Shown here in pieces: positions 45,246 to 54,174 of a stretch of 64,000 nucleotides of DNA. Source of the stretch: Nanobdellota archaeon (lineage in GTDB: Archaea; Nanobdellota; Nanobdellia; Woesearchaeales; GW2011-AR9); assembly GCA_038044525.1 (NCBI GenBank), contig JBBSZV010000033.1, forward strand, positions 7,131 through 71,130. Reading direction: 5' to 3'. The notes under the pieces are model-generated. The model was given only the letters and a program-made list of their open reading frames with translations, was not told the origin of the DNA and ran no database searches. Each line of letters opens with the position of its first letter. Within the stretch, counting starts at the first letter, position 1. The translations under genes and the position numbers were made by a program.

Positions 45246-45707
45246 ATGTTTTTTTTTCCGAAATATACCGGAACTAATGCTTATTATCAAGGTCCTTTCG
45301 GTGATTGTTACGCCAAATATCCTTATCCTGCCAATCCAGAAAAATTGAGCGCTCCGGAGCGGATGGCGATTGACGAAAATCAGCGCAAGTGCAGTGAAGA
45401 ATTCCAGAAAGAGCAGGAGAAGTTCGAACAATCCAAATTATCTTATGAAGGCATGAAATATGTGTTCATATCCTTATTTAATCTGTTCATCTTATTATTG
45501 GCGTTGTTTCTCCCCAAGATGCAGGACAGCGTCACCATGGGCTTGTTCTTAGGCAGTATCGCGGCCACATTTGGCGGAACGATACGTTATTTCGACACGA
45601 AAAGCAAAATCGGCTTTGCTATTTTAGTAGTCACTTTCTTCGCCATGCTGTATTTCATCAACCGAAAGAAAGATAACTTCCTGGATTGGGGCAATAAGAG
45701 AAAATAA
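45246..45707 (+). CDS. Hypothetical membrane protein.
   Basis: 153 aa. Three hydrophobic helices in the C-terminal half. Confidence 0.35.
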   Translation: MFFFPKYTGTNAYYQGPFGDCYAKYPYPANPEKLSAPERMAIDENQRKCSEEFQKEQEKFEQSKLSYEGMKYVFISLFNLFILLLALFLPKMQDSVTMGLFLGSIAATFGGTIRYFDTKSKIGFAILVVTFFAMLYFINRKKDNFLDWGNKRK

Positions 45708-45732
45708 TTTTAACCGGTAAGCACTATAAAGA

Positions 45733-46299
45733 CTATCTTTCCTTAACTTTCCCTTCTACTAAATTAACTACCTTAGAAGGCCGCCCTTTCTTTTCGCCTT
45801 CGTAGATGATGAAGTCTACTCCGTCTTTAATGGTTTGATCCAAATCTTCCAATGAAGTCATGAATGGCTGTCCGGAACGATTGGCGGAAGTTGTAATAAT
45901 CGGAAAACCCAGTTCTTCGACCACGTCGCCGAACCAATGGCCGGGGATTCTTACACCGATGGTTTCTTGGTCTAAATTTACGTTTTTAGCGATAGCGTTC
46001 TTATTTTTTAGTTTCAGGATGAGCGTGTAAGGGCCGGGAAGCTTATTGAGCAAATCCTTTGCTTCCTTAGTAATTATGCAATTTTCGGTGATCCATTCTT
46101 TTGAAGGGGCGATGATTGAGAATGGGTTTGCTGGGCGCTCTTTTAATCTCCTGATTTTTCCCACTGCGTTTTTGTCAAGTGCATTGCAGCCGATGCCGTA
46201 GATGGTGTCGGTCGGATAGATGAATACTGCTCCATCACGGATCCGTCCGGCTATCTCGGCATAGCGCAGGCGAAGTTCAGCTTTGGTAAGAGTTTCCAT
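45733..46299 (-). CDS. tsaC: L-threonylcarbamoyladenylate synthase (TsaC/YrdC/Sua5 family; t6A biosynthesis).
   Basis: Contains FIYPTDTIYGIGCNALDKNAVGKIRRLKERPANPFSIIAPS and PGPYTLIL. Confidence 0.75.
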   Translation of the reverse strand: METLTKAELRLRYAEIAGRIRDGAVFIYPTDTIYGIGCNALDKNAVGKIRRLKERPANPFSIIAPSKEWITENCIITKEAKDLLNKLPGPYTLILKLKNKNAIAKNVNLDQETIGVRIPGHWFGDVVEELGFPIITTSANRSGQPFMTSLEDLDQTIKDGVDFIIYEGEKKGRPSKVVNLVEGKVKER

Positions 46300-46858
46300 T
46301 AATTAGGGTGGTTATTACTGATTTATAATCTTTCCGAAAAAAAACGCGGCCGTTTCCGGCCACGAAAAGGGTAGTGAGGTGTGTGGTCTTAAGAAATAGC
46401 GTAGTAGCAATCGTAATCATCTATGAACGTCTGCTTGTTCTGCTTCTGCGCCGGCTCTTCGTACTTTTGCATAAGGTACAGAATCCGGTCTCTTATATTG
46501 TTCATGTTATTATTGTTCATGTTATTCATCATAACCACCCCCCGCTTAGTTGGTAATCAAAAGAACCTTCTTTAGTCATGACCGTTTTTTGGGTCAATTC
46601 CCGCACCTGCCTTTCAAACAATTGTTGAATTGTTCTTGTCGTAAGATCCATCATGGTTTATACCACCTCTGTTTTTTGATAAATAATCTGATGTTAGAAG
46701 TTGTTTATATAGAAGACCCGGACTTGTCTAGTGCGGGAGTGGATAATCTAAAGAGCTTAAAAATCTTAAATTTTTAGTAATTAAGCCTTATTGGGCGTTT
46801 GTCCGGTGGTTGTCCAGTGGGTCATGGAAGAAATTTTCAAAATGTAAACTCTTTCAGT

Positions 46859-47239
46859 TTATTTAACCAAAACACCATTCAGAGTAGCTTCTTGCCCAGG
46901 TCGGGAAGTAATCCTGACTTTCCCCAGCTTAGTTTCCACAACAGCACCTTTAGTGATAATGTTTCGTCTTACCAGATGTGGGTTGGCTGGGTTTCCTACT
47001 ACGTTAAGAATTTCAACTTTAGTAGCTTTTCCTTTATTATCACAAACGTTAACGTTGCTGGCAGTCAGAAGAGAATGTTTAGTCCGTCCGCCGCGTATTC
47101 TGGTAGTTTTGACTTTCCGTTCTTTCTCCAGTTTAGTATTGGCAGGAAAGCCGGCCAATTCGCGCAGCCTTTTAGTCCTGGTATAATGATACCTTCCGCC
47201 GGATGGTTTCCGGTTGGATCTTCGTTGTGAACGTGCCAT
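46859..47239 (-). CDS. rps8e: 30S ribosomal protein S8e.
   Basis: Contains MARSQRRSNRKPSGGRYHYTRTKRLRELAG and IRGGRTKHSLL. The family is restricted to archaea and eukaryotes. Confidence 0.85.
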   Translation of the reverse strand: MARSQRRSNRKPSGGRYHYTRTKRLRELAGFPANTKLEKERKVKTTRIRGGRTKHSLLTASNVNVCDNKGKATKVEILNVVGNPANPHLVRRNIITKGAVVETKLGKVRITSRPGQEATLNGVLVK

Positions 47240-47291
47240 ATTGAGTTAGATTAAGGGGTGATTTTTAAACATTTCTAATTTTTACTGCAGA

Positions 47292-47618
47292 TTAAAACAA
47301 ATCGTCGTCAATCGCATCGAAATATGAGATTGGCTCCAAATCTAAATCAAAGGGGTCGTACGTTTGTTTTTGCGGTTGTTTTCTTTCCCAAACCAGCGAG
47401 TGATAAATAGGCCTTAAAATATCCCGCGGGCTCGGATACAAGACGCGCACATTTCTCATCTCATATCTCAAAGGCAGCTCTCCCTCTTCTACGAATGTTC
47501 CCCGCGCTGAACAAATAATTTTTGTTTGGTCATCCCTGATAGTCACATATTCCGGCCCTTCCGGGACAAATATTACTTTTTCATCGATAGCGATATCTTC
47601 AATAATGCGCAAAATCAT
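47292..47618 (-). CDS. Hypothetical protein.
   Basis: 108-aa ORF. Its start overlaps the upstream LonB stop by 4 nt (ATGA). Confidence 0.3.
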   Translation of the reverse strand: MILRIIEDIAIDEKVIFVPEGPEYVTIRDDQTKIICSARGTFVEEGELPLRYEMRNVRVLYPSPRDILRPIYHSLVWERKQPQKQTYDPFDLDLEPISYFDAIDDDLF

Positions 47619-48286
47619 TTTTTCCTTCGGAATATTTTTTCTTTAAGTTTCTCATTCCCATTCCAATCCAAGGCATGTCCCATCACTTCTTCAATAGTAT
47701 CTACGGGGATAATTTTTACTTTTACCAATTTCTCTTCATCGATAACAATATCCTGGAGGTTTGATTTAGGAACAATGACCGTTTTCATCCCGGCATCGAT
47801 GGCTGCTTCGACCTTGGAAGAAACGCCGCCGACAGGAAGGACTTCTCCGCGGACGGACAGCGAACCGGTCATGGCCACGTCTTGTTTTATGGGTATCTCT
47901 TTCAATGCAGATATGATGGCGGTCGCCACGGCGATGGAAGCTGAATCTCCTTCCACGCCCTCATGGGTCTGCAGGAACTGCACGAATATATCTTTAGTCT
48001 CTTTGATATCTTCGCCGAAATATTTTTGGATGATAGCAGACACGTTCTTGACTGCTTCCTTGGCGATCTCTCCGAGTTTTCCGGTAGCAATAATCTCTGC
48101 TTTCTTCCCGCCGGGAGTCACTTCTGCTTCTATCGGCAGTAAAATTCCCGAGTATGCAGAACCGCCGCCGATGACCGCCAATCCATTGACTCTTCCGACG
48201 CGCAGGCCGGAAGTGATGATCACTTCGTATTCTTTCTTGCGTTCGATATATTTGTCTGCCATCTGCTGTTCCAGGGGCCTAGCCAA
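47615..48286 (-). CDS. lonB: Lon protease proteolytic domain (archaeal LonB C-terminal part).
   Basis: Contains [13 protein letters not shown] and [16 protein letters not shown] (catalytic Ser), followed by [21 protein letters not shown] (catalytic Lys). It is in the same frame as the upstream ATPase ORF, separated from it by a single TAG. Confidence 0.7.
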   Translation of the reverse strand: MARPLEQQMADKYIERKKEYEVIITSGLRVGRVNGLAVIGGGSAYSGILLPIEAEVTPGGKKAEIIATGKLGEIAKEAVKNVSAIIQKYFGEDIKETKDIFVQFLQTHEGVEGDSASIAVATAIISALKEIPIKQDVAMTGSLSVRGEVLPVGGVSSKVEAAIDAGMKTVIVPKSNLQDIVIDEEKLVKVKIIPVDTIEEVMGHALDWNGNEKLKEKIFRRKK

Positions 48287-48307
48287 TATTTTTGCTTCCT
48301 TGACGTG

Positions 48308-49573
48308 CTATCTGTTCACAAACTCGGATTCTTCTTCTCGTGCTAAGTCGCCGGCAGCCCGAACTAATCCGCCCAGGCCGCGCAGGTGCAACGTAAGGCG
48401 CCCCTTGTGGTTGGCTCTCCTCCGCGCTTCTTCCACGATCGCTTTCAGTGCAGAAAGATCAAAATGGGGAATTTTTCTGTCTTCCTTTTTTATTTCCTGG
48501 GCAACAAAACGGGCGATCTTAGTCCGGTTCTCCTTAGTGTCAGGCATGGTTTCGTTCATATATACTTCATACCCGTATCCCCTGATCCTGGAACGCAGGG
48601 CTGGATGCATATTCTTGATGGTCTCGGGATTTCCTGCGGCGACCAAAATAAAATCGCAGGGCACCGGTTCGGTCCGTACCATCGCGCCGGCAGAGCGTTC
48701 AGACTGTCCGGTGATGGGGAATTTTTTTTCCTGCAAGGCAGAGAGCATTTCTTGCTGTGTTCTGGGATGAAGCGTAGCGATTTCGTCGATGAATAACACT
48801 CCCTTGTGTGCTTTATGGATCATTCCGGCCACGACTCGCTGGTTTGCCGGAGTTCCTAATCCGCCTGATTGAAACGGGTCGTGCAGTACATCACCTAACA
48901 ATGCTCCTGCGTGTGCGCCGGTAGCATCAAAGAATTGCGCTTGTTTTTTGTCAAAATTGTCTACGATAACTTTTGGTGCGATAACTTTAGATGTTTGGAA
49001 CATTCTCGGCCCCATATTTATAGATATGGCAAATCCAGCAAGAAACATCATGCCGCCTAAGAAAAAAGCGGTGAACATCAAATCTGATTGATAATGATAG
49101 CGGATCCACCAAGGCGCAATGAAAGTTATGATAGCGACAATGAACAGCAGAAAACTATTATTTTTCATAGACTTATTAGCATCCAACTGATAACTTAATG
49201 CTTCTTCTCTCCCTTTTCCGGCAGGCAGGGTTTTGATGTAAGGATTATTTTCATCATTAGGGTTGGGATAAGCAAGGGTATCTTTCAAGTCGGATTTGGG
49301 AAGAAGTTCGGCCAAGGCAATTCCCAGCATGGATTTTCCTGTTCCTGGCTCGCCTATCAATAGGACGTGCCGGCGCTGCAGTGCAGCTTTTTTAATTATT
49401 TTGACTGCTTCTTCCTGGCCCAGAACTTGGTCTACTATTTTATCAGGTACCTTTATGTTCTTAGTGGTGATATTTTTAGCTGATTCCATACTTACCTTAG
49501 AACATCTATCACTCGATGGGTGTAAATTCCAGTCTTGATTTAAAAAGATTGCGGAGAAATGGGGGAGATTCAA
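48308..49573 (-). CDS. lonB: Archaeal membrane-bound LonB AAA+ ATPase module with the characteristic two-TM insertion between Walker A and Walker B.
   Basis: Walker [25 protein letters not shown] insert [17 protein letters not shown]...[17 protein letters not shown]. Walker [12 protein letters not shown]. It ends at an in-frame TAG (48308-48310). Confidence 0.75.
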   Translation of the reverse strand: MNLPHFSAIFLNQDWNLHPSSDRCSKVSMESAKNITTKNIKVPDKIVDQVLGQEEAVKIIKKAALQRRHVLLIGEPGTGKSMLGIALAELLPKSDLKDTLAYPNPNDENNPYIKTLPAGKGREEALSYQLDANKSMKNNSFLLFIVAIITFIAPWWIRYHYQSDLMFTAFFLGGMMFLAGFAISINMGPRMFQTSKVIAPKVIVDNFDKKQAQFFDATGAHAGALLGDVLHDPFQSGGLGTPANQRVVAGMIHKAHKGVLFIDEIATLHPRTQQEMLSALQEKKFPITGQSERSAGAMVRTEPVPCDFILVAAGNPETIKNMHPALRSRIRGYGYEVYMNETMPDTKENRTKIARFVAQEIKKEDRKIPHFDLSALKAIVEEARRRANHKGRLTLHLRGLGGLVRAAGDLAREEESEFVNR

Positions 49574-49595
49574 TCTTCCATATTCCGGAATAAAG

Positions 49596-49844
49596 CTATA
49601 CCCTACATTTGCCGCAGCAGGCGCATTCAGATTCCCCCAAGCCCCGGTACCTAATTACTGGATGGTTGCATTCTATTTCTGGTATATTTGCTGCTTTGTA
49701 GCGTCGGACGACTTCTTCTTCAAGCTGGCTTATTTCTTCTCCAGCCTCAGCTACTTTTTTTTGAAGAGCCTCATATGTTTCATAAAGGGCGCCATAATTT
49801 TTCCGGGCTTCTAACAAATCCGTAATATCTGGTAAATTTGCCAA
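49596..49844 (-). CDS. Small hypothetical protein with a C-terminal Cys cluster, possibly a zinc ribbon.
   Basis: 82 aa. Ends ...[25 protein letters not shown]. Confidence 0.3.
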   Translation of the reverse strand: MANLPDITDLLEARKNYGALYETYEALQKKVAEAGEEISQLEEEVVRRYKAANIPEIECNHPVIRYRGLGESECACCGKCRV

Positions 49845-49859
49845 TTTTCTTCCATCGTT

Positions 49860-50603
49860 CTATGCCGTTTTTCTTTCTTTCTTATTATTAACTACGTTAA
49901 TAAAAATCTCATCAAAATGGCCTTTCTGTTCCATTTCGATCTTCTGCTGCGTCTCCAAGTGCAGCAAGGGGATGAAAGTATAAACCTTCTCATGCTTTCC
50001 CGCTTTCGGCGGCAGCAATCGGGTATAGGTCAATTTCTGTTCCGGATCTTTGCTGATATAATAATTTATCTTGTGGTAGATATCGCGGATGACTTCCAGG
50101 ATGTCTATCTTCCGCTGCGGCATGGAAAAAGTGGTGGGGCGCTGCCTTTCCAGGATCCTTTTCTTGGTAGCCATGGCTCTCTGCAAGGCTTCCACTAAAT
50201 CTTCGACGGACACTTTCCTGTTCCTAGGCTGAGGATTTCTGGGTATAAGCTGCGGCTGCATAGAATTTTTTGGGTCGCGTAAGCGCTGTTCCATCTCTTC
50301 AAACAGCTCTTCTTCAGGAATCCCTTCATTTTGATCGATCAGCTTGTCAAGATTGGAGATGTCATTTTCTACCAGATGCGTGGCCTTGATCCGCAATAAG
50401 ACTGCAGCGGCCAGCAGGATCTTCCCAGGTATTTTGAAATCATGCTCCTGCATCTCTTTGATGATCTGGATAAATTTCCTGGCCAGAAGGGAAACATCAA
50501 TGTCCCAGGGATCCATCTGTTCGGTCTTGACCAAATCATAGATGATGTTTTTCCAGTTCAGCTCATCCTGATTCAACAGCAAATCGAATATTTTTTCCTG
50601 CAT
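49860..50603 (-). CDS. scpA: Segregation and condensation protein A (ScpA kleisin).
   Basis: Contains FDLLLNQDELNWKNI...DPWDIDVSLLARKFIQIIKEMQEHDFKIPGKILLAAAVLLRIKATHL, which is the ScpA N-terminal signature. 247 aa. Confidence 0.65.
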   Translation of the reverse strand: MQEKIFDLLLNQDELNWKNIIYDLVKTEQMDPWDIDVSLLARKFIQIIKEMQEHDFKIPGKILLAAAVLLRIKATHLVENDISNLDKLIDQNEGIPEEELFEEMEQRLRDPKNSMQPQLIPRNPQPRNRKVSVEDLVEALQRAMATKKRILERQRPTTFSMPQRKIDILEVIRDIYHKINYYISKDPEQKLTYTRLLPPKAGKHEKVYTFIPLLHLETQQKIEMEQKGHFDEIFINVVNNKKERKTA

Positions 50604-50769
50604 GAGGCTTAAAAATTCTTAAGAGTTTAAATGCTTATTGTTTATAACTAGTTTGTCGCAGGGTTAAGATGTTAAGCTGCGCGATTCTTCAGATATTTTC
50701 ATCGAAACAGCTTCTCTTGAATAAAAATATTTAAAAAGAGAGGGCTACCGAGATACTTCAGAAAAGAAA

Positions 50770-52185
50770 ATGGCGGGAAAATCTATCTTATCGAGGACTT
50801 ATGTTTTATCAAGGATTTTTTTATCCAGGACATTAGTCCTATCATTATGTTTGCTGTTATTTTTAACCGCATCTTCAGCTCTGGCAGAAGATTCCGTGGT
50901 CCTGAATCCAGTTCCCGCTTCCGGAAAAACTCCACTGCAAGTGACGTTTAACCTTACTGCGTCAGAAGAGATTATCTCTATAGCTTGGGACTTTGATGGC
51001 GATGGCGTTACTGATGGTTCCGAATTAGCGCCGGTTTACACTTACCAGCAGGCGGGAATATATGAAGCGTCTGCAAATGTAACTACTGCAAGCGGCAGCA
51101 GCGTTGTTTCTTCGACGATAAAAGTAGAAGATCCTTTCATTGTTTCCGTAATTGCCGTGCCGTCGTCAGGGATAGCGCCTTTGGAAGTCAGGTTCACTAC
51201 GATCGTCTCCGGCAGCAGCCAATTCGTGTATGCCTGGGATTTTGATAATGATGGTGTTATCGACAGCACCGAACAAAATCCAAGCTACGTTTTTGAGAAT
51301 GTTGGCGATGTCATAGTGAAATTATCAGTGCAGGATAGTGAAGAAAGAAAAGTGACCAAATCGGTGCCGGTCATGGTAAGCTCTTATGATTCAAAAATAA
51401 ATCTAGTGTCTTATTTTCCCATGACGCTGCAATTAAAAGAAAACCAAGTTACGTTTTTGGTGACTAACGGCGGCACGGGAGCGATCAAGGACATCAGCGC
51501 AAAAATAGTCGGAGAAGGCGTCCAGCACCTAAGCTCTACGACCATCTCCCGTTTGAAGCCGGGAGAGCAGGATTCTTTGACCGTTAAGATGAATATTCTT
51601 CAGGGGGGGAATGTCACGGCGATGATTAAAATCGACGAGAAGGCTTTCCCGGTCACTTTTACCGTAGTCGGAGAGGTAGAGGTGGATAAAGAGCAATTAA
51701 AACTAAAGCTTGCTGAAGTGAAACAGAAATTGCAGGAACAGGAAGATTTGTATTATCAAAAAAAGGCAGAAGATTATATGGTGGACGAAATATTCGACAG
51801 CATTAAAGCAGCAAAAAAACAATTACAGGATGCGCAGCAGCAGATGCTGACAAATCATCTTGAAGAAGCGCAGGTGAATGTTGATATGGCCGGGCCGGCG
51901 GTGGATGAAATCGCTCGGCGTTTGGAAATAGCGATAAGGCAGGAGCAGACTATGCTATTATGGATGAAAGAAAACGCCGTAGCTATCACTGCCATCATAG
52001 CTGCGGTCGGAACTTTGGGCGGCGTGGCTGTCAAAATTACTAAAGGCGCGAAAAAGCTTGGCGAAGATGTGAAAGACAAATTAGTTTCTAAGAAGGGCAA
52101 GGGAGAAAGCGCTGCGCATAAGAAGCCTGCGGTCGAAGAGCCTAAAGAAGAGAAAGACGTCCCCAAAGAGGAGAAGAAAGAATAA
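50770..52185 (+). CDS. Cell-surface protein with PKD-like domains, a C-terminal TM anchor and a Lys/Glu-rich tail.
   Basis: PKD-like segments IAWDFDGDGVTDGSE...YTYQQAGIYEASANVT and YAWDFDNDGVIDSTEQNPSYVF. TM helix AVAITAIIAAVGTLGGVAV. Tail KKPAVEEPKEEKDVPKEEKKE. Confidence 0.55.
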   Translation: MAGKSILSRTYVLSRIFLSRTLVLSLCLLLFLTASSALAEDSVVLNPVPASGKTPLQVTFNLTASEEIISIAWDFDGDGVTDGSELAPVYTYQQAGIYEASANVTTASGSSVVSSTIKVEDPFIVSVIAVPSSGIAPLEVRFTTIVSGSSQFVYAWDFDNDGVIDSTEQNPSYVFENVGDVIVKLSVQDSEERKVTKSVPVMVSSYDSKINLVSYFPMTLQLKENQVTFLVTNGGTGAIKDISAKIVGEGVQHLSSTTISRLKPGEQDSLTVKMNILQGGNVTAMIKIDEKAFPVTFTVVGEVEVDKEQLKLKLAEVKQKLQEQEDLYYQKKAEDYMVDEIFDSIKAAKKQLQDAQQQMLTNHLEEAQVNVDMAGPAVDEIARRLEIAIRQEQTMLLWMKENAVAITAIIAAVGTLGGVAVKITKGAKKLGEDVKDKLVSKKGKGESAAHKKPAVEEPKEEKDVPKEEKKE

Positions 52186-52229
52186 TATCCGTAATATTTT
52201 TAAACAGGCTTAAATCCTTTTGCTGTATT

Positions 52230-52319
52230 GGGCTCGTGGTCTAGTGGCTATGATGCTGCCCTTACAAGGCGGATGTCGCCGGTTCGAGATGATTGTCAAC
52301 GAAAATCCGGCCGGGCCCA
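52230..52319 (+). tRNA. tRNA-Val (anticodon UAC) with a 17-nt non-canonical intron in the T-loop (about position 58/59).
   Basis: Manual cloverleaf: acceptor GGGCTCG/CGGGCCC plus discriminator A. D-arm GTC-TAGTGGCTAT-GAT. Anticodon stem CTGCC/GGCGG with loop CTTACAA. Variable loop ATGTC. T-stem GCCGG/CCGGC. These enclose 24 nt (a TTCGA..AT loop plus 17 nt GATGATTGTCAACGAAA). 90 - 17 = 73 nt mature. Confidence 0.7.
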
Positions 52320-52411
52320 TTCATCTTTAGACAACGGCGTGAAATCCATTTTATTATCCGCAAAGCCTTCTTTACAAAATATTTATCAATATTCCTCATT
52401 TCAACCACTTA

Positions 52412-53614
52412 ATGGAAATATATCAACCGGCAGAAGATTCGTACTTATTGCAGAGATTTGTGTCCCGGCATGCTTACGGCCGGGTGCTTGACGTAGGCAC
52501 CGGTTCGGGGATACAGGCCATAACTGCTATAGGAAATCCGCAGGTGCGGGAAGTAATTGCAATAGATATAAACGCGGAAGCAGCCGGTGTTTTTGAGCAG
52601 AAGGTGCAGAAACAGAAACTGCGTAAGATCAAGGTCCTGCAAAGCGACCTGTTTGAAGAAGTAAGCGGTTATTTCAATGTAATCATTTTCAATCCCCCGT
52701 ATCTGCCGCAAGATAAAGGTATCAGGGACGACGCGATCTATGGTGGAAAGAAAGGGTGGGAGATTTCTGAACGGTTCTTTAAAGAGGTTTCAAATCATCT
52801 GTTTCCAGAAGGGATGATATTATTTTTGTTCTCTTCCCTGACCAATAAACAGAAGATAGAAGAGATACTTTATCATAATATGTTGGGGTGGGAAGAGCTG
52901 GGCGAAGAAAAGATCGCTTTTGAAACTTTGTATGTGTATAAGATCACCAAAACATCTTTACTGCGCCAGCTGGAAGGAAAACTGCTGCGGGATATACATT
53001 ATTTTGCAGAAGGCAAGCGGGGAGTGATATATACTGCTAAATCTGATAAGAGCAAGCTGGTGAAAAGCCATTTTCCTTCAAAGCGGGAGATAGTTACTGT
53101 CGCGATCAAAGTAAAGAAGAAAGAAAGCAAGGCGGAAGATGCCATCGCCAGCGAAGCGCTGTGGCTGAAAGCCCTAAACAAGCAGGGCATAGGGCCGAGA
53201 TTTTTGTTCTCCGAGGAAGAATATGTGGTGTATGAGTTTGTGGAAGGGGAATATATAGAAGATTGGCTGCCGAAAGCTTCCCCGGAAGCGGTAAAAAAAG
53301 TCCTGGTCGACGTTTTGGAGCAATGTTTTATCCTCGACCAGATGAAGGTGAACAAAGAAGAGATGCACAATCCCTTAAAACATATTATCATCGATGCGGA
53401 GAATATGCCGGTCTTGATCGATTTTGAACGGTGTTATGAGACCGAAAAACCGCACAACGTGACTCAGTTTGTGGATTTCATCGGCAAACGGCAGAAATTA
53501 TTGCTCAAGAAAGGTTTTGCTTTCGGCCTGAAAGAGCTGCGGGAAGCGGCAGTTAAATATAAGCAAACTTATGGGGAAAAGGAGTTTGAAGCGATGGTTG
53601 GATTGTTGAGATGA
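52412..53614 (+). CDS. Fusion protein: an N-terminal Mtq2/PrmC-like N5-glutamine methyltransferase joined to a C-terminal Bud32/RIO-like small protein kinase domain.
   Basis: N-terminal half: YQPAEDSYLL, VLDVGTGSGIQAI, VIIFNPPYLP, DGGKKGWE (archaeal Mtq2-like). C-terminal half: FAEGKRGVIYTA, VAIKVKKKE, VVYEFVEGEYIEDWL, KHIIIDAENMPVLIDFERC. This follows the Bud32 order: Gly-loop / VAIK / hinge / catalytic loop / DFG-like. Confidence 0.6.
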   Translation: MEIYQPAEDSYLLQRFVSRHAYGRVLDVGTGSGIQAITAIGNPQVREVIAIDINAEAAGVFEQKVQKQKLRKIKVLQSDLFEEVSGYFNVIIFNPPYLPQDKGIRDDAIYGGKKGWEISERFFKEVSNHLFPEGMILFLFSSLTNKQKIEEILYHNMLGWEELGEEKIAFETLYVYKITKTSLLRQLEGKLLRDIHYFAEGKRGVIYTAKSDKSKLVKSHFPSKREIVTVAIKVKKKESKAEDAIASEALWLKALNKQGIGPRFLFSEEEYVVYEFVEGEYIEDWLPKASPEAVKKVLVDVLEQCFILDQMKVNKEEMHNPLKHIIIDAENMPVLIDFERCYETEKPHNVTQFVDFIGKRQKLLLKKGFAFGLKELREAAVKYKQTYGEKEFEAMVGLLR

Positions 53615-53666
53615 ATACTTTAACCATGGAAAATAATATAAAACTCTTTAAGATTAAAGGTGATCA

Positions 53667-54164
53667 ATGGGAATCTTCAATTGGTTAGCCGGTAAAGCAG
53701 CTTCAGAGAAATCTGAAGAAGAGAAATTGCTGATTGATTTAAGCGAAGCGGGTAAGTATTTAGATCGTGCTAGAAAATGGTCTATTCTAGATAACCGGCC
53801 GACAGGCCCTAAAAGAGATGCGGTTTCCAGGCAATATGGTCTAGCTATTACTGAAGCACTTAAATGGCTCAAAGAAGCAAGGAAAAGAGTATCGTTAATT
53901 ATTGCGAAATTAGAGTCTAAAAAAACTGTTACCGGTTATAGAAAAATGGGTCATTTATCAGATGATGGGGTGGAATTTCTGAAGTTAATGTTAGAAATAG
54001 ACTTGCAGTTATCTAAACAAATCAGAAACATTAGTACTGTAGTTTCATTGCCAGGATGGTTATATACGAAGGAGGGTTTTCATTCAGTTCTAACTTCCTA
54101 TTCTAAACGAGTACTTAAGTATCGCGAAAAAATCAAAGAGCATTTGAAAAAGATAGATGACTGA
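53667..54164 (+). CDS. Hypothetical protein.
   Basis: 165-aa ORF, no motif. Confidence 0.3.
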   Translation: MGIFNWLAGKAASEKSEEEKLLIDLSEAGKYLDRARKWSILDNRPTGPKRDAVSRQYGLAITEALKWLKEARKRVSLIIAKLESKKTVTGYRKMGHLSDDGVEFLKLMLEIDLQLSKQIRNISTVVSLPGWLYTKEGFHSVLTSYSKRVLKYREKIKEHLKKIDD

Positions 54165-54174
54165 TCGGAACTTC

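Noticed and set aside
46374-46777. Plus-strand ORFs 46374..46556 and 46550..46777, and two small N-rich ORFs of about 40-47 aa on the minus strand.
   Set aside because: The plus ORFs translate to repetitive, implausible V/I/H-rich peptides. The minus-strand mini-ORFs (MMDLTTRTIQQLFERQ... and MMNNMNNNNMNN...) are too short and unsupported to call.
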